This document shows, piece after piece, positions 21,602 through 30,923 of a stretch of 41,332 nt of DNA (within the stretch, counting starts at the first letter, position 1; each line of letters begins with the position of its first letter). Origin of the DNA: Candidatus Marsarchaeota archaeon (GTDB lineage Archaea; Thermoproteota; Thermoprotei_A; Marsarchaeales; UBA168). Position numbers and translations under genes: made by a program. The DNA lies in NCBI GenBank assembly GCA_046534355.1, contig JAWDNK010000001.1:1-41332 (forward strand), in the 5' to 3' direction. The notes under the pieces were generated by a model. The model saw only the letters and a list, made by a program, of their open reading frames with translations. It ran no database searches and was not told where the DNA came from.

Positions 21602-22576
21602 ATGGGACACCGTAGCAGGCATGCCCCACATCGGGGTTCCTTAGCCTTCAGACCGAGGAAGAGAGCCAGCAGTATAATACCGAGGGTGCGCACTTGGGTG
21701 ATGGCCAAATCGGGCGGCCTTGCCGGCCTAGCCGCCTACAAGGTGGGGATGGGTCACCTGGTATACACGGAAGGTTACAAGGCATCCCCCAACTTCGGCA
21801 GAGACGTCAGCTTGCCATATACGCTTCTGGAAGTACCGCCGCTGACCGTATTGGGGGTTAGAGTTTATTCTCAGGGCAAGTGCTTAGGAGAGAGCTGGGC
21901 TTCTCTAGACGATAAGTTCGTGAAAAAACTGAGCAGAAGGACAAAACCGGGGAAGGGCTCCTCCGTAGACCAGCTGAAAGCCGTGAAGGCCGACGAGGTG
22001 AGGGTGCTCTTAGCCACAAATCCGGACCAAACGGGGGTGGGAAAAAAGACGCCCGAACTCCTTGAAGTCCCCGTGGACGCCGCGGACGCCGCATCCGCTC
22101 TGGAGTACGCTTCCGGGCTCTTGGGCAAGACCGTAACCTACGGTAAGGACGATTATTTCCCCGCCTTCAAGCCTGGGGCGGCCGTCGATGCGGTAGCAGT
22201 CAGCAAAGGCAAGGGCATGGCCGGGCCCATCGCGAGGTTCGGCATGAAGCTACTACCTCACAAATCGAGGAAAACCAAGCGGGGTCCAGGTGCCACCGGG
22301 CCCCAACGCCCCGGGGTCGTGCCAGCCACGGTGGGAAGGCCGGGGCAAATGGGCTTCCACCACAGGGTAGAGCACGACAAAAAAATAGTGTTCGTCGGCG
22401 ATGCCTCAAAGATGAAGTTCAGCGGTGGGATGAAGCATTACGGTATCCCACGCTCCACGGTAATAGGCGTTTCAGGCTCGGTGCCAGGACCCGCAAAGAG
22501 GCTGGTCATTTTGCGGCTTTCCATAAAGGGCAAGCCCATTGAGCCTCCCGCCATAGCGTTTAACTCGATTCAATGA
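21602..22576 (+). CDS. rpl3: 50S ribosomal protein uL3
   Basis: HRGSLAFRPRKRA; YKVGM; SKGKGMAGPIARFG; PGQMGFHHRVE; GSVPGPAKR. Confidence 0.97.
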   Translation: MGHRSRHAPHRGSLAFRPRKRASSIIPRVRTWVMAKSGGLAGLAAYKVGMGHLVYTEGYKASPNFGRDVSLPYTLLEVPPLTVLGVRVYSQGKCLGESWASLDDKFVKKLSRRTKPGKGSSVDQLKAVKADEVRVLLATNPDQTGVGKKTPELLEVPVDAADAASALEYASGLLGKTVTYGKDDYFPAFKPGAAVDAVAVSKGKGMAGPIARFGMKLLPHKSRKTKRGPGATGPQRPGVVPATVGRPGQMGFHHRVEHDKKIVFVGDASKMKFSGGMKHYGIPRSTVIGVSGSVPGPAKRLVILRLSIKGKPIEPPAIAFNSIQ

Positions 22577-22589
22577 GGTGCATCAGTAG

Positions 22590-23384
22590 TTGTACGAAAT
22601 CGAAAGCTTAGAAATCCCGGTCTACGACCTGACCGGCTCACAAGAAGGGACAATTACGGTCAAATACCCCAAGGTTCAAACGATAAGGGATGACCTCATA
22701 TTAAGGGCTTGGATATCCAGTCAGTCGATGTCTGCTCAACCCCAAGCCAGGAGCACAGAAGCTGGAAGAGGCGTGAGTGCAGTTTCGTGGGGCACCGGTA
22801 GGGGTATTTCAAGGGTGCCCAGGATGTCCAACGGTAAGGCTGCCTTCATATCCAGCGCCAAAGGAGGACATCTCGCTCACCCCCCTCGCGTCCGGGAAAA
22901 AATACACAAAAAGATAAACGAAAAGGAGAAGGCTTTAGCCAAACTTCACGCCCTGCTGGCGACCTTCTCCACCGAGAGGGTGAAAGCCAGAGGGCACGCG
23001 ATACCAGAGAAAGTGAAAACGCTGCCCTTGGTATTCTCGGATAAGTTGGAAGATGTAAACAAAACGCTCGAGCTATACACCGCGTTATCCAACCTGGGTC
23101 TGAACGAGGACGTCGAGAGGGCCAAAGAGGGAACAAAAATAAAAGCCGGGAGGGCCAAAATGCGCGGAAGGGGAAAAAGGGTACCCAAGTCACTTCTGAT
23201 AGTCGTTTCGAAGAAGGACGCGCCCCTGTTGCGGGCTGGTGCAAACGTCCCCGGCGTGGAGGTAACCTATTACAAAAACCTGGGGATACCTTCGCTCGCG
23301 CCCGGCGGACAGGCCGGTAGGTTGGTGCTTTGGTCTAAAGGGGCTTTAGAAGAGGTGGAAAGAGAATGGCTTACGAAACAGTGA
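22590..23384 (+). CDS. rpl4: 50S ribosomal protein uL4
   Basis: SAVSWGTGRGISRVPR; GGHLAHPP; KINEKEK; LAPGGQAGRL. Confidence 0.97.
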   Translation: MYEIESLEIPVYDLTGSQEGTITVKYPKVQTIRDDLILRAWISSQSMSAQPQARSTEAGRGVSAVSWGTGRGISRVPRMSNGKAAFISSAKGGHLAHPPRVREKIHKKINEKEKALAKLHALLATFSTERVKARGHAIPEKVKTLPLVFSDKLEDVNKTLELYTALSNLGLNEDVERAKEGTKIKAGRAKMRGRGKRVPKSLLIVVSKKDAPLLRAGANVPGVEVTYYKNLGIPSLAPGGQAGRLVLWSKGALEEVEREWLTKQ

Positions 23385-23623
23385 TACTATCGCCAGTTTC
23401 AAGCGAGGCCGCCATCGCCGAAAGGGAAAACAACAACATCTTGGTGTTTTACGTGACGCGGAAAGCCACTAAAGACAAAATAAAGAACGAAGTGGAGGCT
23501 AGATTTAAAGTTAAAGTAATAAAAGTAAACGTTGAAAACACCTTCAAGGGGAAGAAGGCCTACGTCAAACTTTCCCCCGAATTCAAGGCCAGCGAATTGG
23601 CCACCAATCTAGGGCTGTTGTGA
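23366..23623 (+). CDS. rpl23: 50S ribosomal protein uL23
   Basis: NILVFYV; ATKDKIK; KKAYVKL; ATNLGLL. Confidence 0.96.
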   Translation: MAYETVILSPVSSEAAIAERENNNILVFYVTRKATKDKIKNEVEARFKVKVIKVNVENTFKGKKAYVKLSPEFKASELATNLGLL

Positions 23624-23635
23624 TGGGTGATCGCG

Positions 23636-24355
23636 ATGGGAAAACACATCCTGGTACAAAGGGAAGGCAGAGGAAATATAAACTTCCGTTCACCATCCTG
23701 GCTCAGGAAAGCCAAAGTTGGTTTTCCGGACCCTGGTACAAAGGGAGAGTTCGTGGTTAGGGACATAATTCACGAGCCGGGTAGAGGGGCGCCCTTGGCC
23801 CTCCTCTCCGGCAAAAGCGACCAAAACAAGCGCTTTTATGTCGTGGCAATCGAGGGATTGGGCGTAGGCTCTACCGTTAGGGTGGATCCCGACGACGCCC
23901 CGAAGCAGGGCGACGTAGTCCCGCTGAGCAAGGTACCGGACGGAGAAAGGGTATCCTCGGTAGAGCTCAGGCCAGGCGACGGTGGAAAGCTTGTAAAGGC
24001 CTCCGGCGAGTACGCCATAGTTTCGGGCCACACTCCCACGAGCGCGCTTTTGCTCATGCCATCGAAGAAAACCAAGGAAGTCCCGCTCTCCTGCAGGGCA
24101 GTAATGGGAGTTGTAGCCGGTGGGGGAAGGGCAATGGCACCGATGCTCAAAGCGGGTGTAGCGTACCACCTATACAAGAGAAAAGCTCGGAAGTGGCCGC
24201 AGGTTAGGGGTGTCGCCATGAACCCGGTTTCGCACCCACACGGAGGTGGAGGACACCAATCCGTGAGCAGACCCTCAACGGTCGCTAGGAACACGCCCCC
24301 GGGCAGGAAAGTCGGTCACGTAGCGGCTAGGAGGACCGGTATAAGGAAACGCTAA
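23636..24355 (+). CDS. rpl2: 50S ribosomal protein uL2
   Basis: HEPGRGAPLA; RPGDGGKL; WPQVRGVAMNPVSHPHGGG; PPGRKVG. Confidence 0.98.
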   Translation: MGKHILVQREGRGNINFRSPSWLRKAKVGFPDPGTKGEFVVRDIIHEPGRGAPLALLSGKSDQNKRFYVVAIEGLGVGSTVRVDPDDAPKQGDVVPLSKVPDGERVSSVELRPGDGGKLVKASGEYAIVSGHTPTSALLLMPSKKTKEVPLSCRAVMGVVAGGGRAMAPMLKAGVAYHLYKRKARKWPQVRGVAMNPVSHPHGGGGHQSVSRPSTVARNTPPGRKVGHVAARRTGIRKR

Positions 24356-24377
24356 AATGGGGAGGTGACTCAGTCTT

Positions 24378-24767
24378 ATGTCAACCGTTTTCCGTTACCG
24401 CGGGTACACAATGGAACAACTGCAAAACATGAACGTAGGCGACCTGGCCACCCTTTTCAAGGCGCGCGAACGCAGGTTCATCACGAGGAATTACCGCGCT
24501 TATTACCCTCACATATTGAAGCAGATGGAAAAAAAGAAGGGCTCCGACAAACCGATTAAAACACACCTGAGAGAACTGGTAATACTTCCGCAGATGGTTG
24601 ATTACACCTTCGCCGTTTACAACGGAAAGGAGTTCGTACCGGTAAAGATAACGCCTGAGATGATAGGTCACAGGCTTGGAGAGTTCTCCATAACGTGCAA
24701 GAGGGTCATACACGGTGAACCGGGCCTCAAGGCCACCAGGTCCAGCTTCGCCGTCCCGCTCAAGTGA
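24378..24767 (+). CDS. rps19: 30S ribosomal protein uS19
   Basis: FRYRGY; IKTHLR; VYNGKEF; EMIGHRLGEF; ATRSSFAVPLK. Confidence 0.97.
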   Translation: MSTVFRYRGYTMEQLQNMNVGDLATLFKARERRFITRNYRAYYPHILKQMEKKKGSDKPIKTHLRELVILPQMVDYTFAVYNGKEFVPVKITPEMIGHRLGEFSITCKRVIHGEPGLKATRSSFAVPLK

Positions 24768-24860
24768 AGCAAAAACTACCTGACTTTTTATTACGTCTAA
24801 AGGGGGATCCCGCGAGTACTCGCGGGGTGCAAGCGGGCCGTTTTCGCTGTGATCCCGGTT

Positions 24861-25268
24861 TCGCGCCCTCAACCCCCTTTCCGCTAAGGGATGCGGCATC
24901 GTTTCAATCGAGAAGCTCTTGTTCCAGCCGAAAGGAGCCCTATGCGCTTCCAGCCCCCCTTGGGAAAGCGCTCTTGCCAGTGCGGGAAGCATCTTTATGG
25001 CGGAATCGGGTCCGAGCGGTCTTTCGGTCAGGTGGACGAACGGGTAAACCACTACCCTGTTTTCCTTAACCTCTTCGGCATCCTTGATGATTTGAGAAGC
25101 CATGCTGGCGATCTTATCCTCATTATCTCCCTCCTCAAGCGCCGTGAACGCAACCAAGCACTTGCCGAGGTCGATCTTCTTACCTTTGGCTGCCAAGTCC
25201 GCGGTGTCGATCTCCTTCTCGAGCGGAGTGTAAGAAAACTTCCTCGCGTGTATTAGCAACAATCTCAT
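24861..25268 (-). CDS. Stand-alone archaeal threonyl-tRNA synthetase editing domain (DTD-like), ending at CGA (135 aa)
   Basis: MRLLLIHA; VVYPFVHL; RAPFGWNKSF; HPLAE; read-through would overlap almost all of rps19 antisense. Confidence 0.88.
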
Positions 25269-26098
25269 ACGACGGTGTCACCCCTAGCCGTATCGAGCTG
25301 CGCCTTGTAGTAAGAAAGCACGTCCTTTACGTCGCGGAGGTCGATCCTCCTGAACTCGAAGCCGTATTCCGATAGTTTGACCTTGGCCTTTTCCGAGGCA
25401 GACGGGGCAGCAAGGATTCCTCTGATGTTTTCGCCGCTATTCAAGTGTCTCCTGACGGAGGCTATATAGCGACTGAGCTCGGCCACGTTCTTGTAAGTCC
25501 CCTCACCCTTGGTTAGGAATACGACGGTCTTATTCCCATGAGCGTCGATCCCTATTAGGTCAACGAAACCGGATTTCATCTCACCGTTCGCTGGAAGGGG
25601 CTTGAAGCCCGGCTCGATCAACTCGGGCTTCAAGAGCACGGCGGTCAGGAGCTCCCCGTCGCCGGGCTCAAGCAGTATTGTGCCGTCTACTAGGTTTGTG
25701 CTGATAACCGCGAAGATTTTATTGAAATCTGCCTCCAAAGAGCGAAACCTCATAGGGACCCCTCCCGCCCCAGGAGAATCGACCTTTGCGTTCTCTTCTT
25801 CCTCTTTTTCTGCCACCAAGGACAAGGGGTCGCCGCACACCACCCTTATGGAGTCGCACTTTTCCCAGGCCAGCACCGGCTGCGCCGAAAAGCTGTCCCT
25901 GTGAATTATCACCGTCCAGTCGCTCTTCACCATCAGCATCCGCTCACCCCTCGGCAGGACTTGCTTGTCATCTTGCCTCAGTGAAAAATCACCTATAAGC
26001 ACAACCGCCCTCCTGTAAAGCACGGATTTTTTGACTTCGTCGCAAGCCTTGACTGGGTCAGGTTCATAGAGGACTTCGACGGGCTTCCTCCCAGCCAT
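25265..26098 (-). CDS. nucS: NucS/EndoMS family protein (divergent active site)
   Basis: GERMLMVKSDWTVIIH; PELIEPGF; GFVDLIGID; RGILAAPS. Confidence 0.8.
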   Translation of the reverse strand: MAGRKPVEVLYEPDPVKACDEVKKSVLYRRAVVLIGDFSLRQDDKQVLPRGERMLMVKSDWTVIIHRDSFSAQPVLAWEKCDSIRVVCGDPLSLVAEKEEEENAKVDSPGAGGVPMRFRSLEADFNKIFAVISTNLVDGTILLEPGDGELLTAVLLKPELIEPGFKPLPANGEMKSGFVDLIGIDAHGNKTVVFLTKGEGTYKNVAELSRYIASVRRHLNSGENIRGILAAPSASEKAKVKLSEYGFEFRRIDLRDVKDVLSYYKAQLDTARGDTVV

Positions 26099-26185
26099 TT
26101 GCGTGGTACACCCACTCGCGCATAAAAGGAAAGCGCTGAACTTGTCCGCGATCCTCACCTTTTTATACGTACTTCGGTGTATCAT

Positions 26186-27631
26186 ATGGCCATTTCGATG
26201 CTGAAAAAAATATCAGATAACCTATGGGAGGTCCCCGTCGGTTCTGTAGAGGGAATGCGGGTACCCGCGAGGTTTTACTCGTCGGAGACCCTCATGCGCG
26301 ACCTAGACGAGAGGGCAGTAGAACAGGCTATTAACGTAGCTACTCTGCCGGGGATTAAAAAGTACTCCATAGCCATGCCAGACGCTCACTGGGGCTACGG
26401 TTTCCCAATCGGCGGTATAGCCGCATTTGACCCCCAAGATAACGGCATAATAACCGTTGGGGGAATAGGCTTCGACGTGAACTGCGGGGTGCGCTTGATA
26501 GCTACCAACCTGAACGAGGAGGACATAAGGCCTAAACTGAGGTCCCTGATGGACGCGCTGTTCGAGGGAGTCCCGGCAGGCCTTGGCTCCGAGGGGCTTC
26601 ACCTCAACCAGAGTCAGCTCCAGGAGGTGATGCTGGAGGGCGCCCGCTGGGTAGTCAGGAATGGGTACGGATGGGAAAGGGACTTAAGACACATAGAAGA
26701 CGGAGGTATGATAGAGGGAGCGGATCCCAGCAACGTGAGTAAACGCGCCAAAGAAAGGGAGGCAAACCAACTGGGTAGCCTGGGATCCGGCAACCACTAC
26801 TTGGAGGTACAAGTGGTCGAGGAGGTATATGACCCCGCCGCGGCCAAGGCTTTCGGCCTAGAGAAGGGGCAAGTGGTGATCATGATACACACGGGCTCTA
26901 GGGCGATGGGCCATCAAATAGGCATGGATTACATAGAGGAAATGGCCCCAGCCATGAAAAGGTACGGCATACAGGTTAGGGACAAGGAACTCGTCAGCGT
27001 CCCCTTCAATTCCCCCGAGGGAAAAAGGTACTTCTCCGCCATGAACGTGGCCATGAACATAGCATGGGCAAACAGGGAGATGATCACCTATTACGCCAGA
27101 CAGGCATTCTCGAAAGCCTTTGGAAGCGACCCCGAGTCTTTGGGCATGGAACTGGTCTACGACGTCGGTCACAACACTGGGAAGCTCGAATACCACGACG
27201 TAGAAGGACAGAAAAAACTCCTTTTGGTCCACAGGAAGGGTTCTACTAGGGCCCTCGGCCCGGGAAGGGAGGAGCTCCCCCCTGAATACAGGGATGTCGG
27301 CCAACCAGTGCTAATAGGCGGAAGCATGGGCACTTCGTCCTACGTCCTCAAGGGGACCCTCAAGGGCTTGCAGGAAACCTTCGGGTCCGCGGTCCACGGA
27401 GCGGGTAGAAAGATGAGCCGCACTCAGGCAAAGAAGGAGTACAGGGGTGAGCAACTGGTCAAGGAACTGGAAAGAAGGGGGATAATAGTCAGAGGACACA
27501 GCTGGTCAGGGCTAGCGGAAGAAGCCCCCGACGCCTATAAGGACGTATCGGATGTGGTTTCCGCCGTGCACCAAGCCGGCATATCGACCATGGTGGTTAA
27601 GCTCAGGCCGCTTGGGACGGTGAAGGGTTGA
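26186..27631 (+). CDS. rtcB: RNA-splicing ligase RtcB
   Basis: MPDAHWGYGFPIGG; GFDVNCG; LGSLGSGNHYLE; IHTGSR; DVGHN; HRKG; HGAGR; EEAPDAYK. Confidence 0.98.
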   Translation: MAISMLKKISDNLWEVPVGSVEGMRVPARFYSSETLMRDLDERAVEQAINVATLPGIKKYSIAMPDAHWGYGFPIGGIAAFDPQDNGIITVGGIGFDVNCGVRLIATNLNEEDIRPKLRSLMDALFEGVPAGLGSEGLHLNQSQLQEVMLEGARWVVRNGYGWERDLRHIEDGGMIEGADPSNVSKRAKEREANQLGSLGSGNHYLEVQVVEEVYDPAAAKAFGLEKGQVVIMIHTGSRAMGHQIGMDYIEEMAPAMKRYGIQVRDKELVSVPFNSPEGKRYFSAMNVAMNIAWANREMITYYARQAFSKAFGSDPESLGMELVYDVGHNTGKLEYHDVEGQKKLLLVHRKGSTRALGPGREELPPEYRDVGQPVLIGGSMGTSSYVLKGTLKGLQETFGSAVHGAGRKMSRTQAKKEYRGEQLVKELERRGIIVRGHSWSGLAEEAPDAYKDVSDVVSAVHQAGISTMVVKLRPLGTVKG

Positions 27632-28056
27632 TGCGTTTCGAGGTTTACTCGCACACAGCGGATGCGGGGGTTCGCGGCGTGGGTGCATCTCCCTCGGAGG
27701 CGTTCGAGGGCGCGGCGCTGGCCACGTTCTCCCTCATGGCCGACCTCGAGTCCGTCGAACCGCGGCTCAAATTTCATGTAGAGCTATCGGCCGAATCCCT
27801 TGAGTTGCTGCTAGTAAAGTGGCTAAACGAACTCATATCACTCTCTTCGCTCAACTCCGTCATATTTTCTAGGTTCGATGTCTCAGTTGAGGAGGCCAGC
27901 GGGGGGTTTCACCTAAGCGCAGAAGCGTGGGGAGACAAGATAAGCCCTAACATGGAATTAAGGGAGGAGGTCAAGGCCGCTACTTTCGCCGATCTCAAGG
28001 TAGAAAAAGAAAAAGAAAAGGAGCAATGGGTTGCCCAGTGCATAGTTGACGTTTAA
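27631..28056 (+). CDS. Archease (RtcB cofactor)
   Basis: HTAD; EVKAATF; C-terminal VDV; coupled to rtcB via TGATG. Confidence 0.95.
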   Translation: MRFEVYSHTADAGVRGVGASPSEAFEGAALATFSLMADLESVEPRLKFHVELSAESLELLLVKWLNELISLSSLNSVIFSRFDVSVEEASGGFHLSAEAWGDKISPNMELREEVKAATFADLKVEKEKEKEQWVAQCIVDV

Positions 28057-28296
28057 AGCGAGGCGGGAATGCGCCAGCGGATAGCCCACCTTAACAGCGG
28101 GCATCCAAGTCCACGGAGGCGCTCACTTGGGGAATGCGCGAGAGACATCCCGCCGCGGCCAAGGGGCAAACCGACGCCCAGACCAGCCATAAAGCCCTCA
28201 GTAAGGGGTAGCCATCCCATGTTGATGGGGAGCTACTGCCGCCCTAACACGATGAGGTTGAGCGAACCCCTAGACCCCCACAATGACGCCCGACGC

Positions 28297-29322
28297 TTAG
28301 CCCCGCTTCAATTGCCTGAGCGAGCGCTCGAAGGGGGGACGCGCTATCCCCTTTTCGGTTATTATAGCGGTTATGTTTTCAGGAGGGGTGATATCAAAAA
28401 CCGGGTTGTAAACGTTATCTCCAGCCGTTGATATCTTTATCCCGCGGAGCTCGGTCACCTCGGTTGGGGACCTCTCCTCGACCTTTATATCCCTAGAATC
28501 CAGCTGGACGGTTGAAAGAGGCGCCACCACGTAAAACGGGACCCCGAAGTACTTCGAGACGATCGAAAGCGTAAAAGTCCCTATCTTGTTGGCCGTAGAG
28601 CCATCGGATACAATGCGGTCGGCGCCGACGAAGACGGAACTAACACCCTTATTCTTCATGGTTATGGCCGAGGCGCCGTCCACGATCAACGTAAAGGGGA
28701 TCCCTTCCTTCTGAAGCTCGTATACGGTTAACCTACTACCCTGTAGCCACGGCCTCGTTTCGAGGGCGATTACGTGGATCTTCTTCCCCTGGCGCCAAGC
28801 GGTCTTTATGACGCCCAGGGCGGTCCCGAGGTAACCCACGGCCAAGGCACCAGTGTTGCAAATGGTCATAACCGTATCGCCATCGGAGATCAACGCAGCC
28901 CCGATCTTCCCCATATCATCGGCAGCCCTTCTGTTCTCTTGGTCGATCAGTTTGGCTTCCTCTTCCGCGGCAGCGGCCGGATCCTCACCTTTCTGCTGGG
29001 CCGACCTCGCGGCGGATAGCACGCGGTTAACCGCGTAAGACAAATTGTAGGCCGTGGGCCTGGCGTTGAGAAGCTCAGAAAGCCTCGATTCAATGCGGCT
29101 GAGCCCTTCCCCAGAATTAACCGCTTGCTTGATCTCCATGGCGGCCCCATACGCCGCGGCCACCCCTATGGCAGGCGCTCCCCGGACCACCATGTCCCTT
29201 ATGGCACCGGCGGTATCCGTGGCATTTCTACATACAACCCAACTCTCCTGAAATGGCAGCAAGCGCTGGTCAAGCAGGGAAAGCACATCCCCATCGTAAG
29301 TTATGGGAACTACTTCTTCCAT
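28297..29322 (-). CDS. mtnA: S-methyl-5-thioribose-1-phosphate isomerase (eIF2B-like family)
   Basis: LDQRLLP; MVVRGAPAIG; ARPTAYNL; CNTGALA; ETRPWLQGSRLT; GADRI; NKIGT; FDITP. Confidence 0.93.
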   Translation of the reverse strand: MEEVVPITYDGDVLSLLDQRLLPFQESWVVCRNATDTAGAIRDMVVRGAPAIGVAAAYGAAMEIKQAVNSGEGLSRIESRLSELLNARPTAYNLSYAVNRVLSAARSAQQKGEDPAAAAEEEAKLIDQENRRAADDMGKIGAALISDGDTVMTICNTGALAVGYLGTALGVIKTAWRQGKKIHVIALETRPWLQGSRLTVYELQKEGIPFTLIVDGASAITMKNKGVSSVFVGADRIVSDGSTANKIGTFTLSIVSKYFGVPFYVVAPLSTVQLDSRDIKVEERSPTEVTELRGIKISTAGDNVYNPVFDITPPENITAIITEKGIARPPFERSLRQLKRG

Positions 29323-29343
29323 TTCCGGTAAACCCGGCCACCG

Positions 29344-29357
29344 TTTAACAGTTTTTC
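29344..29357 (-). promoter_or_regulatory. Putative BRE/TATA (GAAAAACTGTTAAA) for mtnA
   Basis: Lies between the translin CGA and the mtnA ATG, about 22 nt before the ATG. Confidence 0.5.
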
Positions 29358-29928
29358 GCTTGGACCTCGCCAGAACTTCCCTGGCGTCCTCTATGAGAGC
29401 CCTATCCACATCCAACTTTCTCTTAAGCCCTCTTACCACCGAACGGGGGTATTCGAAGCGCACAAGGTCGTCGAACAGCTCCTGCATCCACTCGAAAGCG
29501 ACCATCGCGCGATCCCTTTCCCCAATTATTATGGAATTTATCAGCAAGCGCTTGAGCTCGCCTATCAAATCAGCCAAACCCAATAAGAAGACCTCCTCGT
29601 TGTAAAAATCTCCCGGGGACGAAAGCTCACCATTTTTCAGCAGGCTAAAAAGTGAGCTGGCCTCGGCGTACTCTGAAAACGCCGCCTCCTCCTCGCTCAG
29701 CAAGAAAGAGGGATCGCGCCTGACCTCTTCTAGCAGCTTCTGGTGAAGGGACTTCGCCTGAGAGGCGATGGCCTCTGCATCCGGGCTACCCCTGTGCAAG
29801 CTCGACACCAAGAGCCCGCACTTCCTTATTAAATCATAAGAAAGGTCGCTGAGCTCGCGTCTTTTTAACTCCCTTTGCTCAAGCCTTGTTTCGGCTTCTC
29901 TAAGCCAATCTTCTCCCAGTAACTTCAA
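29356..29928 (-). CDS. Translin/TRAX-family protein, ending at CGA (190 aa)
   Basis: EYAEA; FLLGLADLIGELKR; LKRKLDVDR. Confidence 0.88.
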
Positions 29929-29989
29929 ACCACATCACCCTCATGAACTCTGATACCGAAGAAAAACCCGCAAGGGTACGCTTGCGCGC

Positions 29990-30616
29990 TCAAGCCCGCT
30001 GCGCGCTTTGCTGTTCCTTTACCGGAAACTGCTTGAACTCGGTCGTGGAGGCCGTTATGGTCATCACATCGACCCCGTCGCCGCTCGTTATGTCCCTTGC
30101 AATAGCGGCCCTAATCGCCTTAACGGCCAGCACCTCTGCCTCCTCTTTGGACATTTCCGGTCTGTACTCCTGGTCAAGAACGCCCGTGGAGACGGGGGAA
30201 CCGTTGCCTACCCCCGCGTAGTAATCTTCGAGTATAGACCCTATGGCGTCCATGACGTACAGGTGTGGTCCTGTCTCATCTAGACCACCTATGAGGATTT
30301 CCGCGTAATAGGGAAACATGCGGGAGGCGTAAAGGACGTTAGCGAGCAACTTAGCTGCTCCCTTGACGCTTATCGGCCTACCGTTTTCAAGCTCGTAAAT
30401 CTTTATCTCAGCGGTCAAGGATTTGGCCAATCCCTGCATATCACCCACTAGGCCGGCGCTCGCCATCCCTATCTTCTTGTCCAGCGCAAACACTTTTTTG
30501 CCCGACTTGCTCATCAAATAATACCCGTAAGAAACCCTCTTATCGGCAGCCAAAACGACGCCGTCCTTAAACACCAAGCCGACGGCCGTAGCCCCTATAG
30601 GTAAGCTCTCGGACAT
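29990..30616 (-). CDS. psmB: Proteasome subunit beta
   Basis: GATAVG; DGVVLAADKR; AGLVGDMQ; GNGS; ARDITSGDG. Confidence 0.95.
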   Translation of the reverse strand: MSESLPIGATAVGLVFKDGVVLAADKRVSYGYYLMSKSGKKVFALDKKIGMASAGLVGDMQGLAKSLTAEIKIYELENGRPISVKGAAKLLANVLYASRMFPYYAEILIGGLDETGPHLYVMDAIGSILEDYYAGVGNGSPVSTGVLDQEYRPEMSKEEAEVLAVKAIRAAIARDITSGDGVDVMTITASTTEFKQFPVKEQQSAQRA

Positions 30617-30923
30617 ATGTTACCCAAGCGGTATCATTTAACCTTATGGGCGGAGGCCCTTTGTTAGGGAGGCGATGGACGGCCCCCTTCTAGACTGTTT
30701 TTGCTTCTGCCGAAAAACGGCGTTGAATGCTGCTCAACCTTAGTAGAACGACAAGCCCCATGGAAAACGCGACCCCTCAGCTCTCGGCTACGCCAAAAAG
30801 TGACCCCCAATTCAAACGCGAACTCAAGCTTGCTTCGCCTTTATGCAATTTTTGTTCAGACGTATAGCGGTTTTTATCCGCAACTCCGCATAACCCCCTT
30901 ACGCCTCTAAATAGTGCGCTGGC

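Noticed and set aside
24381-24860. Long antisense coding overlap with rps19
   Set aside because: Read-through past the CGA at 24861-24863
28297-29928. Novel translin-MtnA fusion protein
   Set aside because: Junction contains CGA plus a TATA-like element and MtnA has its own ATG
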